DNA of 64,000 nt, from contig CM121341.1 of assembly GCA_051530055.1 (NCBI GenBank), forward strand, positions 10,828,784-10,892,783, given 5' to 3'. The DNA comes from Neoechinorhynchus agilis (lineage: Eukaryota; Animalia; Acanthocephala). The position numbers and the translations under genes were made by a program. Of the stretch, positions 50,575 to 63,710 are shown piece by piece (within the stretch, counting starts at the first letter, position 1; every line of letters starts with the position of its first letter). Below the pieces are notes generated by a model. That model was not told the origin of the DNA. It saw only the letters and a list, made by a program, of their open reading frames with translations, and did no database searches.

Positions 50575-51950
50575 CTGTCATCGACAGATTGCACAGCGGG
50601 CATCCTGGACGGGAGGCGATGATAGCACTTCGTCGATATTATGAATATTGGCCGAAAATGGAGGATGCTATCAAAAGCAAGATAGGAACATGTTCGATGT
50701 GTCAAGCGAATCGACCGAATAAGGCCGAAACGCTACTATTAAGTCGGAATTGGAAAACGAATCCATGGAAGCGTGTACACGTGGACCTCGCTGGCCCCGT
50801 CAACGGTATAGTATACCTTGTACTAGTAGACGCTTGCATCAAATGGCCGCAGGTGTGGACATTAGGGAATAACAGCACTTCCAAAAGAGTGATCGAATGT
50901 CTATGAAGTTGTTTTAGCAGATTCAGAGTGCCTCGGTCCATAGTGTCGGACAATGGACCCCAATTTGTGTCAGAGGATTTCAGAAAGTTTTGTCAAGAGC
51001 GTCAGATAAGACACATTCGTGCGAGCCCCTACCATCCTAGAACTTACGGCCTTGCCAAGCGACATTGAAACGACGGACGCGCAAATTGGGGGAAGGAATG
51101 TCGAAGGAGAGTATAAATGCTTTCCTGATGGCTTGCCGGAATACGCCTCATGCTACAACCGGAATAGCACCTGCCACAATGATGCTTAAGCCCAACACCG
51201 AATCAAGGGTAGAGCCACGATTGGCAGCAGCGCGTGATCGGAAGGGATCAGAAAAGAAGATGAGCACGTTCGACGAGGACCAACCGATTCAGTTCAAAGA
51301 GGATAAAGCAAGCCCGTGGGGGTCGGGAAAATTAGTCGCGATAAACGGTCCAGTGTCGTATGGCGTGCAGGACGATAATGGCCGGGAGCGACGGTGCAAT
51401 ACGGATTTCATAAGAGAAAAGGAATCCAGTTCGGCAGAGGAGAACGAAAAAGTGACACACATAGACCTGGATTCGAATCAGAAGTCACACTACCAGACAG
51501 TCCAGTGGAACACATTGAAGATGAATCGGTCCCACCACGTCGAAGTACATGGACCAGGCGTCGACCTGTTCTACCATACGATTCGTACTTGAGAAAGGGA
51601 GAAATGTGATGGTAGTAATCGATCGGTGACGTGCGTGTGTGGTGCGTGTGAGTGTCCATTGGTGTGCGTGATACGCGTGTTGGTTTTTGGTTTTCGGCAA
51701 TAAAAACGTTATCAGTTAATGGAGACTCCGATATCATCCGAGACCCCGGTAGCAGTGGCAAAAACTGAAAAGGAGATCGAGTCTCACTTCTCTGATCCAG
51801 GGCACGAAACACTGTCGGTGTTGCACTACTCACGCAATAGCTGTCGTTTTTGTGGAGAGAAGATTCACCCGCAATGCAGACCATTAATCGGAAACGACGT
51901 TTCCAATGATTTCAAAATATTTCTTTTTACATTGATTATTAGAATCAACT
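50575..51950 (+). mobile_element. Gypsy integrase/PPT/LTR (mirror copy)
   Basis: See 20115-21490. Confidence 0.9.
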
Positions 51951-51952
51951 CA

Positions 51953-54900
51953 ATATAAAGAAAATAACTCATAAACTAACAGTATGCCTGTATTAATAAT
52001 AATAATAATAAAATATTACTCACGTGCATTGCGACGCTTCCGTTCGTATTCGGTACGATGGTAAATCGAATCAACCATCAGCCTCATATATTTCGCGTAA
52101 TTTTTTTGTCAAAAAAGTTGTGCTCCGAACAATGATCAAAATGATCAAAATAATCAAGATTCCATTGATCCATGACCTCCGGATGACTATGGAGGGGGAA
52201 AGATGGATGTGGATTATAAGGTTAGCGATGGGGAAGGTGATTTGGAGGTTATGTTGAAGGATAGCGTCATGAAGGAGGTTGTTTTGGAGAGTAGTGGGCT
52301 GTCGATCCCCATCACGGTGAATGTTCTGATTCAGTGTTTAGAGGTGTTTTTCGGTTGCCGAGAAGGAGAGATGATTTTGTGTTAAAAATTAATAAAGAGG
52401 ATTTAGGAGATTTAAGGGCAAGTGATTTAACGAAGATATATTTTTCGGAAGGTTTAAAACCTAATAACTTTAGTGGTGACAGATGATATCCGATTAAAAA
52501 ATGTTTTAGGACCAAGTGGGCGGTGCTAATGATTTTCTTGGAAGTTGAAGGAATGAAACTATTTGAGGAGCTTCTTCGTAGTAAAAATATTAGGTATAAA
52601 AATATATCAAGGAAAGTGTCAGTTTTAGTGCTAAACCCTCCGCCGAATATGTCGAAAGATGAGTTTATATTATTCCAAAACACTTTTGGTATTGTGCCAA
52701 TTAAATATTTGAAAAGGAGTCCTTCTTCGGAGCCTTATTCCTTACTTGTATCGGGCTCGCAGGATGAGGTAGACAAGGTCCAGGAAAGATATTTTGGTTC
52801 TATGGCATATTGGATTAATTTCGTATCCCGCCAGTCGGAGTCGATTTATGATTACGTTTTAACTCAATGCACAAATTGCTGCAAATGGGGGCATACAAGT
52901 TTCCAATGTGCCAGTCAGGCTAAATGTATGAGATGTGGTGGCCCTCACAACACAATTAATTGCAGTACTTTGGGTTCAGTTAAATGTGCAAGTTGTTTAG
53001 GAAATCATGAGGCATATAGGCGTACATGTACGGCAACGGTTAGTTACTGGAAAATGGCGAAGCCAGGTGATTATAATAGTTGGTTTAAACGGAAGGTGGA
53101 AAAGGTGGATGGTAGTAATATGGGGGAAAATGGTCCTCAAGGAGAGGATAAGGTTAGGAGAAATAGTTTTCAGGTAGAAGATGAGGTTAAGGAGGAGTTA
53201 GAAATACTTAAAGAGAGGGTGGATAATTTAAATAAAAAACTCGAGGAGAAGGATAAAATAATTTGTGATTTATTAAATATGGTTGCTTTGGTCAAGAAGA
53301 CGGAAAATAGTAAGGAGGTGGATGAGGTAATTAAACAGGTTCAGGAGAAATTGATGATGGGTAAGAGGTGTGCATCAGGTGAAAAAGAGGATGAACCTGA
53401 TAATAAGGAGGATGGGTTGTCATCGCATGGCCCGATTAGAAAGATGGGTAGGCATGTTAATGGTCGGCATAAAAGTCGTTGTCGCTAAATATTTTAAAAT
53501 GTTTAATGTTAATGATAATTTACTTACTTGTATGACGAATAATTTTATTTCAATTTCTTATAATGTATCCATAGCCTTGGTTTTGTCAGAGAATATTTGT
53601 TTAGCGGGTCGACTAGATGATGCGGACGTTATTTGCTTTCAAGAAAGGGGAAATATGAATCTTGTTATTAGAGGCGATATGATATCATTTACATTAATGC
53701 CCAGTGGAGGTGGAGTAATCCATAATAATATTGGTTTTTCAGGTGGACTACAGTCTTATGTTCATAAGAGATTTAGACCTGAGCTTTTATTTCAGGTAAA
53801 GCACGAGTATTTTGCGGTCCAATTAATAGCGATCAAGGGTATGGGTGATTCATATCGTCTTAGTGGTAGATGGATTATGGCTAATTTATATGTTGCGCCA
53901 AGAAGACTTACATGGTCTAAGAATAACAGAGAGGAGTGGTTTAAGACATGGGATCCAGACATTATTGTGGGTGACTTAAACTCCAACGGGTTGAGTGGTT
54001 TCTCACATTGGGACGAAGAATACATTTTTCACCTCACTCCTTTCCCATTGCTTCATAATTTTACAAAATCTGTAGATTCTTTTTTGGACGTTATATGTAA
54101 AAAAAGAGTTAAATATTCAGGTGAGAGTGTTGGGGCAGTTTCTTGAACAACTTAGGATGGGACTCGATTTGATTATATTTGAGTAGGGAATTATGGATCT
54201 TAAATCAAGAGTCGTTTGGAATGTTTCGATCAGGTTAGTTAATTTTAACAATTGCTTGCGGGCTGATATCTGCAAATTTTCGACTGTAAAATTGGAAAAT
54301 TTAAATAAGATGATATCTGTAGCAACTTCGAGGAATTTAGTAATTTTTCGCACATAAGGCGGCACAGACCGTCGAAAACGGCGCGTTCATTTTATCGTAA
54401 TGCAAGAATTGCAGAGGAGGCAGGGGGTAATGAAGGTTTGTGGGGTCGGTGAATGATTCGTTTTTACAAAGAAATATTTATTGAAAGTATTAGGAGAGGT
54501 AAACTGATAATAAGTGAGACTAGAGCCTTTTCTAGAATTTCTGGAGTAAACGACTTGTCGGTATCACCGAAGATTTTCGATTTAGTTGGTAAAGATGTAA
54601 AGATCGAGATATTGAAGCGTATGCCTAATCGTGTAACTTTTGAGGACTTATGCAAGATTAATATAGTGAGGAAGTTCATCATACCTAAAGTTAAAGGAAA
54701 TATTAAATCTCCGAGTGATATTAGGTTTATATCGATTCAAAACCCCATCATTTTTCTTATAGAGAAAGTAATAAACGATGAATCAATGGGGATTCTAAGT
54801 AGAAGGGATCTTATTCCGAAATGTTTTCATGGTTTTGTACCGGGAAAGGGAGTGGGAACACTAATTAATGAGTAATGTATTTTACAGAAATCGGTGCTTA

Positions 54901-56129
54901 AGGTTAATAAGGTTTTATTACAGGTTGATGTTAATAAGGCGTTCTACACTATTAGCATGAATTTTATATATAAGACTTTTTTAGACTTGAAGCTCCCCAA
55001 GAAGCTTCGTGGTCGTATTCAGTTTTTAATGGAATCAAAGGCATATTTTTTAGAGGTTGATCCGTTGAAAAGTCTTTTTTATTCTAAGTTAGGGGTTCCG
55101 CAGGGTTCACCATCGTCCCGACATTATTTTTAATTGGCATGATTGGTATTATTAGGAAATTGAAGAAGTTATCCAGAGTGAGAATTTTATTCTACGCAGA
55201 TGATATTTTCTTTTTTATTTTTCATAAGAAGAAGGAAGTTTTATGTCGCATAGTGGATTCGGTACTATATAAACTTGACAAGTGCTTAGAGGATGCGAAT
55301 TTAAGCACTAATAGAAGAAAAACAACGCTTGTCCCTTTGACTGATTCCAATGTGGCTCATAAGCAGTTATATGCTAAATTTTTAGAGGATCCGCGCACTC
55401 AAATGATGAAGGTTTCAAGATGTTCTAAAGTGCTTGGGATAAACGTTCCTTCTACTAGAAGCAGAGTTGTCTCGAACTCGGCTCTAGGATCTACATTTCT
55501 CAAAGTTGCAGCAATTGCGAGGAGGATCAGGTGGTTGGCTGTGATGATATGTCATCCTGTGGAAATTATGAAGACGACTCTGGCTTGCTCATTCTGTTTT
55601 TTTGGGAGAGGAAGGCCGCCCGAGGTGCGGATTGATTTTGGCGTCTGGCTTATACAACGAGTATGGAAAGTTTTGAAAAATTTGGAAATTTCAATAAGAG
55701 AATTGGTGGAATCGTTTTTATGGCGTATTTTTATAACAAAGATTTTGAATTACCCACACGAGAACTGGAAAAGATGTTCTATAAATGATGAACATGCGTT
55801 CAACGAGATTGTGAGGCGGCTGAAAAGACGAGACAGGGAGAAAGTGGATTCTTGGAAAAAGGAGAACGGACTCTGAATTTATATTGTGAGAGCCATTTGT
55901 TACTTAGCCTTTTGTTATTTTATAAGATGTACTTATTTTATCCGTAATCATACACGTACTCCCCCAATATTTTTTGTTATTGGGCTGCTACAGGGAGGGG
56001 AGTCGTGTCTAAAAAGGCTTCTGAGTATGCCAAATTATCCCGCGGGGAATAATTCTTTTGTTATGTCAATTTGGTTACTTCCTTCCTGATGTCGAGGCTC
56101 AGAGATCAGCAATTTATTGAATCAGGAGT
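51953..56129 (+). mobile_element. LINE family B (mirror copy)
   Basis: See 15936-20112. Confidence 0.92.
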
Positions 56130-57010
56130 GGGGGTAACACAGGGAACGGTATTAGACAAGGGAATATGGAGTAGACGAAAATGGTGGATGAGTATTGCTT
56201 GTGTCCGATCGGCAGCAACGAGAGACTAATGTTCGTGAACATACCACTTCAATCCTCCTGTTCATCAGTACCACTTACCCACCTTACGGCCATCTCAGCA
56301 TAAGGCGAAAATAGCCGGATTGGTTCGATGAGAATGACGCAGAAATTAAACGTTTCATAGATCGGAGAAGAAAACGAAAACGGCCTTAGAAAACGATCGC
56401 CGCTCAACCATCAAACAAATGGAGTTCCGAAAAGCGAAAGCACTCGCGTAGTAAATCCAGAGAACTCCAAGAACATGCAGACAGAGATCACATGAGGGAC
56501 TTTTTCTCAGGCGTCCGTGTGGTTTACGGTCCCACTCCACAGAAGTCCGCCCCATTAAAAGGCATCGACAGCTCCACAGCGACCAATGAAGAAGATATAC
56601 GTCAATGTTGGAGAACATACTTTTCCGATCTCCTCAATGTACCATCAACAGCATCTCAAGATGCGCTCAATGCTGTACCTCAACTGGCGGCAAAACCGCA
56701 CCTGGAAACTCTTCATGAACTGAAACGTGCTATCGCTCAGCTGAAGGACGATAAATCTCCTGGCCCAGACAATATCCCTGCCGAAGTTTTCAAGTATGGA
56801 GGAGACAAGGTCCAAAGCAAGCTATATCGAATCGTCGTAGAAATTTGGAAATCAGGAGATACCCAGGAGACTTTAGAAATGCAATTATTATATCGATCTT
56901 CGCTGAGTTCGCATCATTTTCCTCAGTGCATACCTGTCATCGGCACAACAGTCATGAACAAGAAATTGGCGGATGATATATTAACCGTTGATTTTTGTCT
57001 GTGTCATTTT
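56130..57010 (+). mobile_element. RTE fragment, long version with ~40-bp deletion at 56450
   Basis: Direct repeat of 6716-7615. Confidence 0.85.
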
Positions 57011-57217
57011 TCCTAGTTAACGCTTACCGATTTCAATTTTTATCTTACTTGATGAGCCGAGATACTCATGTGCAATGCTTACTTGATTCGAGGATCCGAG
57101 AGTCGTCCGCGAAATAAATGTTTCAACATGGTACCGCCATACAAACTCAAATTGCGACTATGCTTTATTTTAGAAAAAATTGTGAAACTATCACGCCTAT
57201 CGATTACTGTATTACGT

Positions 57218-57709
57218 TCAATTTCCACTCTCGGTCGACCGTCCTTTTCTATTGCGTCTTCTACTGTGGTGCTTTTTTCGTCTTGGTTTCTCGTCATTAT
57301 TTTCATTACAGCGATTTGCGCTCCGATCGCAGTACTCGTTAACGTATTTTGTAATAATATCGGCATTTTTATTACCTTCCGCCGTACCGAGTATTCTAGA
57401 ATTGTGAGCAACTTCAAGGAGATAATGCATGCAAAGTTCCTCCTTTTTCAAAAGATCGACGAATATACCCTTATAAAACTTCAAACAAAGTCCAATGAGA
57501 CTGGAATTCACGAACCCATTGAAGACTCTTGGCGCAAAATTGTTTTGTTGATTCTCTTGGATTTTGTAATTAAATTGTGGCATCGCTTGAAATGAATATT
57601 GTTGATCACAAGGATGGAAGTATGATCTCGGATGAGTAAGGGCTTCCGGCATCGTAACGTTTGTCATTGAAGGCGGATATAGCACCAAATAAGGATTACG
57701 AAAATGCAT
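57218..57709 (-). CDS. Orphan ORF U, copy U4 (163 aa, open)
   Basis: Full-length variant of U3 with several substitutions. Confidence 0.45.
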   Translation of the reverse strand: MHFRNPYLVLYPPSMTNVTMPEALTHPRSYFHPCDQQYSFQAMPQFNYKIQENQQNNFAPRVFNGFVNSSLIGLCLKFYKGIFVDLLKKEELCMHYLLEVAHNSRILGTAEGNKNADIITKYVNEYCDRSANRCNENNDEKPRRKKHHSRRRNRKGRSTESGN

Positions 57710-58399
57710 CGGCGAGAGATTGTGAGTCTAAGAACCCATCAACCGGGAAAATAGGCGGAACATAAACAAATAATTAGAGCGTAACATTGAAATGTTTTGT
57801 AAACAACTCGATTTGCTTTCCGGCAAATTACGGTATTTATCAGCAAATGTCCGTATTCGAGTGAACCCAAAGAATTAGTTGGCCTTTCTAAAGCGCTGTT
57901 TTAATTAAAAAAGCAAAAGATATGTGCATGGGATTGGCTTCAGTATTTTTCACGAGAAATAAAGTTAATTTCAAATCCCAGTAGTCTACGAGATTTTTTA
58001 ACTAGCAAATTCTATAACCGATTTAAATCGGATTTCATCAAAACTTAAACTTTGGTCACTACGTTGCGTCCTAACGAATTGGATTTTAGACGTCTAACGT
58101 TGCTAATAAAATTTATAATTGCAATAGCTTGATTACTTAGTCACAAAAATTGACATTGAACTGAATCCTGCGAGATCACTCTGCACCTGTTACATCTTCT
58201 AGGAAGCTCTATTTTTGACTCAAATGTGGAAAAAGAGATTGCCAATCTTCAACTGCAAGTTTCGGTGCTGTGTGAACGAACTAATGAATTATCCTAACAC
58301 GAGGCTCTGCTTCTGATGCATACATAAGATTTATTTGAAGGAAAACATTGGATGATTAACCGACATAATTTATGTGTAGGAATAATTATAATTCGATAG

Positions 58400-60490
58400 T
58401 AATAAAGTTATATCATCGCTGTCCATTTAAGCGCTTGTTTCCAGGAGTAAGGGAGTTTGCCCAGAGCCTCTAGGAAAGTGATAATGTACTTTAATCGTTA
58501 TTCGGGGGTCTTCTTCTAGAGTAAAAAACTAGGCCCGAGATTGCCCAAGAGTTCCAAATCCTTTTGGTATCATGAGAGCAGAGTCTAAGTTTAAAAGCTC
58601 TTCTAGAAATCGGTCGATCTGGTTTGCTCAATATAGCCCCAGTAGCGCATAATGCCGAGATAATGTTCATTCAATAAGCCAAATGCGTCAGTCGCTCGTT
58701 CGATTTGCCCGATTCTGTCGCTCAGCTCGGCTCGAATTTCTCCACATTCATTACTCCTCCATCTAAGCTGCTTTCCCAGGGCCTTTTGTCAATCTTCAGA
58801 ACCAACCTTTTTCCGGTTATTATCAGTAACTTCATTAGTTCGGATCTATCCTAAGCCCTCTTCTCATTATTACACGATGGTGTAAAAATATTAGTAGCAA
58901 ATGTCTATGTTCGACCTAAGAAAATCTACCTTAGAGATAACAAAAAAGTACTAAAAGGGCTATTGCTCTCGGGGGCTGATCTTTTATTCGGGGATTTTAG
59001 TGACCCCTCTGGGAAGTGGATTCGAGCGGTCTCGCGTGCCAAAGATCACCACGAGCTTATTTGCCCTCTTCTTCCAACTTTCTCTCATGCCAGCGATAGT
59101 TCATACTTAGATTTATGCATTGCAAAGAAAGGCTTGCATCTGAGGCCAGTAGTTTCCTCACAAAGCTCTTTTTTCAAGATTTGTGGACAAGATGCGGTTC
59201 TATGGAACCTCTCTAAAAACACCCTACTGAGGAGGAAATTCAAATTAGATGCGCATAATATTCAATTCTTTAATTTGGCTACTATGATATTTCTAAAAAG
59301 TGGGAAAACCCCTGGTATGAGCTCCGCCACAACAGTGGTCGTCGATTAACCTTGCCAAACGCATTTTCCAGGTTAAAAATAAACGTCGAAAGATTACATT
59401 TGCCGATGATTTTAGGCCGATTTCTATACAAAATTCCTTAGTCTCGATTTACGAGGGAGCCCTTGCCCGATATCTATTGGACTTTGCGATGGAGCACAAT
59501 TGCATTGACTCACGCTGCCACGGTTTCCTTCCAGGGAAATCGCTACACTCAGCAATCAGGGAGATAGCCAATCATTTTTACAACAATCAATTATCAACTA
59601 ATCTATTGATTTCGTTTGATATTTCCCGGGCGTTTGACAACCTCCATATCGAGTTTATTATATATATTCTTAGGTTTTTTAGCTCGCCTTACAGTATTAT
59701 TGCTCGGATCTCTAACACACTGCTGTCCAAATCGTTCTTCTTTCAGGATGATCCCGAGAATAAAATATATTATACAACCAAAGGTGTTCCACAGGGATCC
59801 CCTCTGTCGCCTATTTTATTTTGCCTCGCCAACCAGTTTATCATTCAGAACTGTAGGGTTTGCCAGAATATCTCGACTTACGCCGATGATTTGACAGCGG
59901 TCATCAAGGAAATCAATTACGTTAGAGCAAAAAACGCCTTCTCGATCTCCTATCTTTCCTAGATTCCACGCTTCCTTTGATGGGATCGGAACTAAATCCT
60001 AGGAAGACCCAGTTCATAACTAGAACTAGGTAACGGAGGGACAAACTGGAGCTATTAGAGGCTTTCAATACCCTTTTTGATATTAATACCGGCAAAGTCT
60101 CTACTAAGCTGACTATTCTGGGCTACACTTTTACTTCAAAGTTCTCGGCCACTCATGATCTTGCAAAATTAAAAAAAATAATAAGAATCGCCAACGTCAA
60201 GGCTACAAAATCCCAACAGTTAGGCATTCCAATCAAATGTTCACGTACTATTTGGAATTCCTGGGCTATATCGGGCCTCGTTTTTTTACTAGCGCGGCCG
60301 TCCTCCTGACCAACGCCTAGTGTTCCGTAACACCTTCCATAAAGCTCTCGCAAATCTTCCTTACCCGTGGGCGCATACACCCGATTGGTCCGACAAGACT
60401 TACCGCTGGATCAACATAGACCGGACTTGATCGGAGCAACCTAATTTAATCAAGTCATTCACGCTTATACCTTGTGGCTCCTTGAAATGA
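58400..60490 (+). mobile_element. LINE family C, decayed, with different deletions from the left copy
   Basis: LFGDFSD, RT 59477-59962, TILGY, RGRPP at 60293-60307, FTLIP near 60465. Confidence 0.85.
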
Positions 60491-60494
60491 ATAA

Positions 60495-61058
60495 AAAAAA
60501 TTCAACAAGGTAGTCAGGAGATCACGACACGTGGAAAAATATGTCAGCGGCACTTCCGACTTCATAGAAATGCTGGATAAAGTTCTGTCTAGCAAGCTTT
60601 GTTATCTACAAGATAGTAAGCAAACCTCTGTGGATAGATTGGAGTAGGATTGGAAGGCGGCTCCACTGCAGGTGCACGGAAATGATTTGACCTTTAAGCT
60701 CATAGGAACGGTCCTCAACAAGGGTCCCGCTGGGGATCCAAATTACACAGTTATCACACTATTCGGTCATATCCTCCTCAGGTTGTTCCCAGAGATGGGA
60801 GATAAATTCTCTAAGTATGGCGGATCAAACATTTGGCAGTCGCAGAAGGGTGACAAGGTATGCTTAGACAGAGCTATCAAAATCGAAATACCAAAGAAAT
60901 TTCCACGGGAACAGGAGAGAGCTGAGAAACTGCTACTAATATTACACAAGTCTACAAAAAACAGGAATGAAGATTTTGAACCAGTAGCTAAGCGGTTGAG
61001 ATTTAGGAACGACTGCGTTAATTCCACACAAGCGATGATTGAATGTCGCGATCGCTAA
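60495..61058 (+). pseudogene. Orphan remnant X (second copy)
   Basis: See 10987-11550. Confidence 0.3.
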
Positions 61059-61214
61059 CAGGACCGCTCCGTGTGGATGCTTTACAACAAGTGTAAAAGC
61101 AGGCACGAAGTAAAAAACTGACAAAAAATATACCATAGGTTGCAAACAATTCAAGCCAGAAATAACAATATAATATAAAGTATATAGCGATGTGTTCATC
61201 GCGGATGCGGCCGT

Positions 61215-63415
61215 AGCCGGTGAACTGAATTCGATTGGCGACAGTCTCTACAAGAGAATCGGGTGCTACCTTATGGAGTGTCGTCCGCCCACTTATTTTT
61301 CAACGTTACATGAGTAACCTGCTGCATGGAATTCCGAACGTTTTGGTCTATTTGGATGATGCGATTGTGACGGGAAGTAATGAACGATCTCATCTCGAGA
61401 ATCCCAAAGAAGTGCTCAAAAGGTTATTAGATAGTGGCTTGAAAGCTAGGAACGATAAGTGTTCGTTTATGCAACCAAGAGTCAAATTTCTGGGGCATAT
61501 CCTCGAAGATAATCAGATAAACCGGATGAGGAGGGATCAGTCCGACCAACCTAACTGAGCTACGAGCGTTTCTAGGGGCGGTCAATTTTGTTGAAAGATT
61601 CATATCGAACCTGCAATCCAAGTGCGTTCCTCTATATAGTCTGTTAAAAAAGAAGTGAGCTGGAACTGGGGCGAGGAACAGGAGGAAGCGGTGGAAGCTA
61701 TCGCAATATATTTTTGGAGAAAAACGGAATTTGCAGAAGACGACAAATCACAGATTAGTTCGTTGGGCGACTGTCTTGTCCCAATATGATTATCACCTGG
61801 TCCACATCAAAGGCAGGGAAAATACTATGGCAGATGTACTATCACAGTTCAGTTCAGGCAAGGAAGACGATCTTTTAACCATCGATATAGCTGAAGAGTC
61901 TCCAAATGAAATATCTGGGGTCTTGACATTGTCACTGGACTCTCCGAAAGCTGCAACAGGAAGAGATTCAGAATTATGTACGGTGCGAAGATATGTCGAA
62001 ACAAATTGACCTAACAAGGTCCCCACTTCGTTCCATCCATATGCGAGCCGTAAAGGCGAACTATCGGTCGAGGGAGGCATAGTCATGATGTCAAGTCGAA
62101 TCATCGTTCCTAGTGAATTGCGGAACTCAGTATCATCAGTGTTACACCAAGGTCACCCGGAAATCGTGGCGATGAAAAACCTAGAGCAATACTATGTGTG
62201 GTGGCCCAAACTAGATGTGGATATTGAAAGCTGCGTTAATCGGTGTGAGAAATGTCAGATGAAGAGGGCACAGGAACCCCCACACCCTCTTGGAGAATGC
62301 AATATTCCGTCCGAAAAATAGGAACGCGTCCATATCGATTTCGCAGGGCCATGCGACTGAATTTCATATCTTATTCTGGTGGACGTAACAACGAAATGGC
62401 TTGAAATCATAGAGATCGACAACAGCAGCAATGGTAATACAAACATTGAGGGAGATATTCGCACGTATGGGAGTTCCCGGAGAAATTATTAGTGATAATG
62501 GGCCACCATTCACTTCGAGAGTTCCAGAAATTCATGCAAGATAATGGAATTCAAATTTCACGAGTCACATCTTATCATCCTAAATCTAATGGGCTAGCAG
62601 AACGGATGGTACGAACCTTCAAAGAGAGAGTCATCAACGGATATGGAACGACGGACCGACATCATTGACTACAGGATTTTCTATTGAGTTACCGCATCCT
62701 CGCCAGCTGAGCAAAGATATGCCCGGATTGCACGGGAGGCGTTAGCGTTGGTCTATGGTGTTACAGATTTTAATTTCTATTTAATGGGTCGCGCTTTCAA
62801 GTTGATCAGTGACCACAAGCCGTTGCAATATATTTTTGGAGAAAAACGGAATTTGCAGAAGACGACAAACCACCGGGGCTGGATAGAGAAATCCAAGATC
62901 ATGTGGACTGCTGCGCAGAATGTCAGAGACAACAGTCGAATGCTCGGGAGCAACCATTATTTCCATGACATATCCCCGCTGGACCATGGAAAAAAATTCA
63001 TTTAGATTTCGCCGGTCCTAGTAATGGAATGTTTTTTCTTGTAGCAGTGGATGCATTTCTAGGTGGCCAGAGGTGCGGTTGAAACCAAGTTTTACAACAC
63101 AGATGACCATCAAGTGCTCGAGAGAAGCATTTGCAAGATTTTGAATCCCGGAACGAATCGTGTCCGATAACGGACCTCAATTCGTCTCGAAGGAATTCCG
63201 AACATTTTGTGACGAAAACGGAATTAAACATTGTAGGAGTTCCATAAATCACCCAAAGACGGCCACAACATCTTAACCTGCACAACTTTCTAATGTGTTA
63301 CAGGAATACTCCGCATACTATAACTCAGAAGTGCCCTGCTGAAATGATGTTTGGGAGACGCGTAGCGTCCTTAAAGGATAATTTAAAACCGACTGCTTTC
63401 AAGACATCTAACAGG
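61215..63415 (+). mobile_element. Rearranged gypsy pol fragments (second copy)
   Basis: See 8615-10830; PBS-like tggcgacag at ~61238 precedes the RT fragment. Confidence 0.88.
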
Positions 63416-63710
63416 CTAGTTAGAAATATCGTAGACTACTGGGATTTGGAATTAACTTTATTTCTCGTGAAAAATACTGAAGCCAATCCCATGCACATAT
63501 CTTTTGCTTTTTTAATTAAAACAGCGCTTTAGAAAGGCCAACTAATTCTTTGGGTTCACTCGAATACGGACGTTTGCTGATAAATACCGTAATTTGCCGG
63601 AAAGCAAATCGAGTTGTTTACAAAACATTTCAATGTTACGCTCTAATTATTTGTTTATGTTCCGCCTATTTCCCCGGTTGATGGGTTCTTAGACTCACAA
63701 TCTCTCGCCG

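Larger units (their letters stand above)
15615..56450. repeat. Giant spacerless palindrome: two ~20.4-kb inverted arms, centre between 36032 and 36033
   Basis: Centre reads gatctaaagttg|caactttagatc. All paired ORFs have identical translations and coordinate sum 72065. Identity breaks at 15615/56450 (cactcgcgta then aaagcg vs gtaaat). Confidence 0.97.

Noticed and set aside
55886-56089. 67-aa ORF with RTPPIFFVIGL, superficially like GPCR TM1-TM2
   Set aside because: Spacing does not fit, the conserved Asp is absent, and it lies in the family B 3' region.
36033-56450. Apparent second set of genes and elements
   Set aside because: Exact mirror of 15615-36032; not counted as independent evidence of copy number or conservation.
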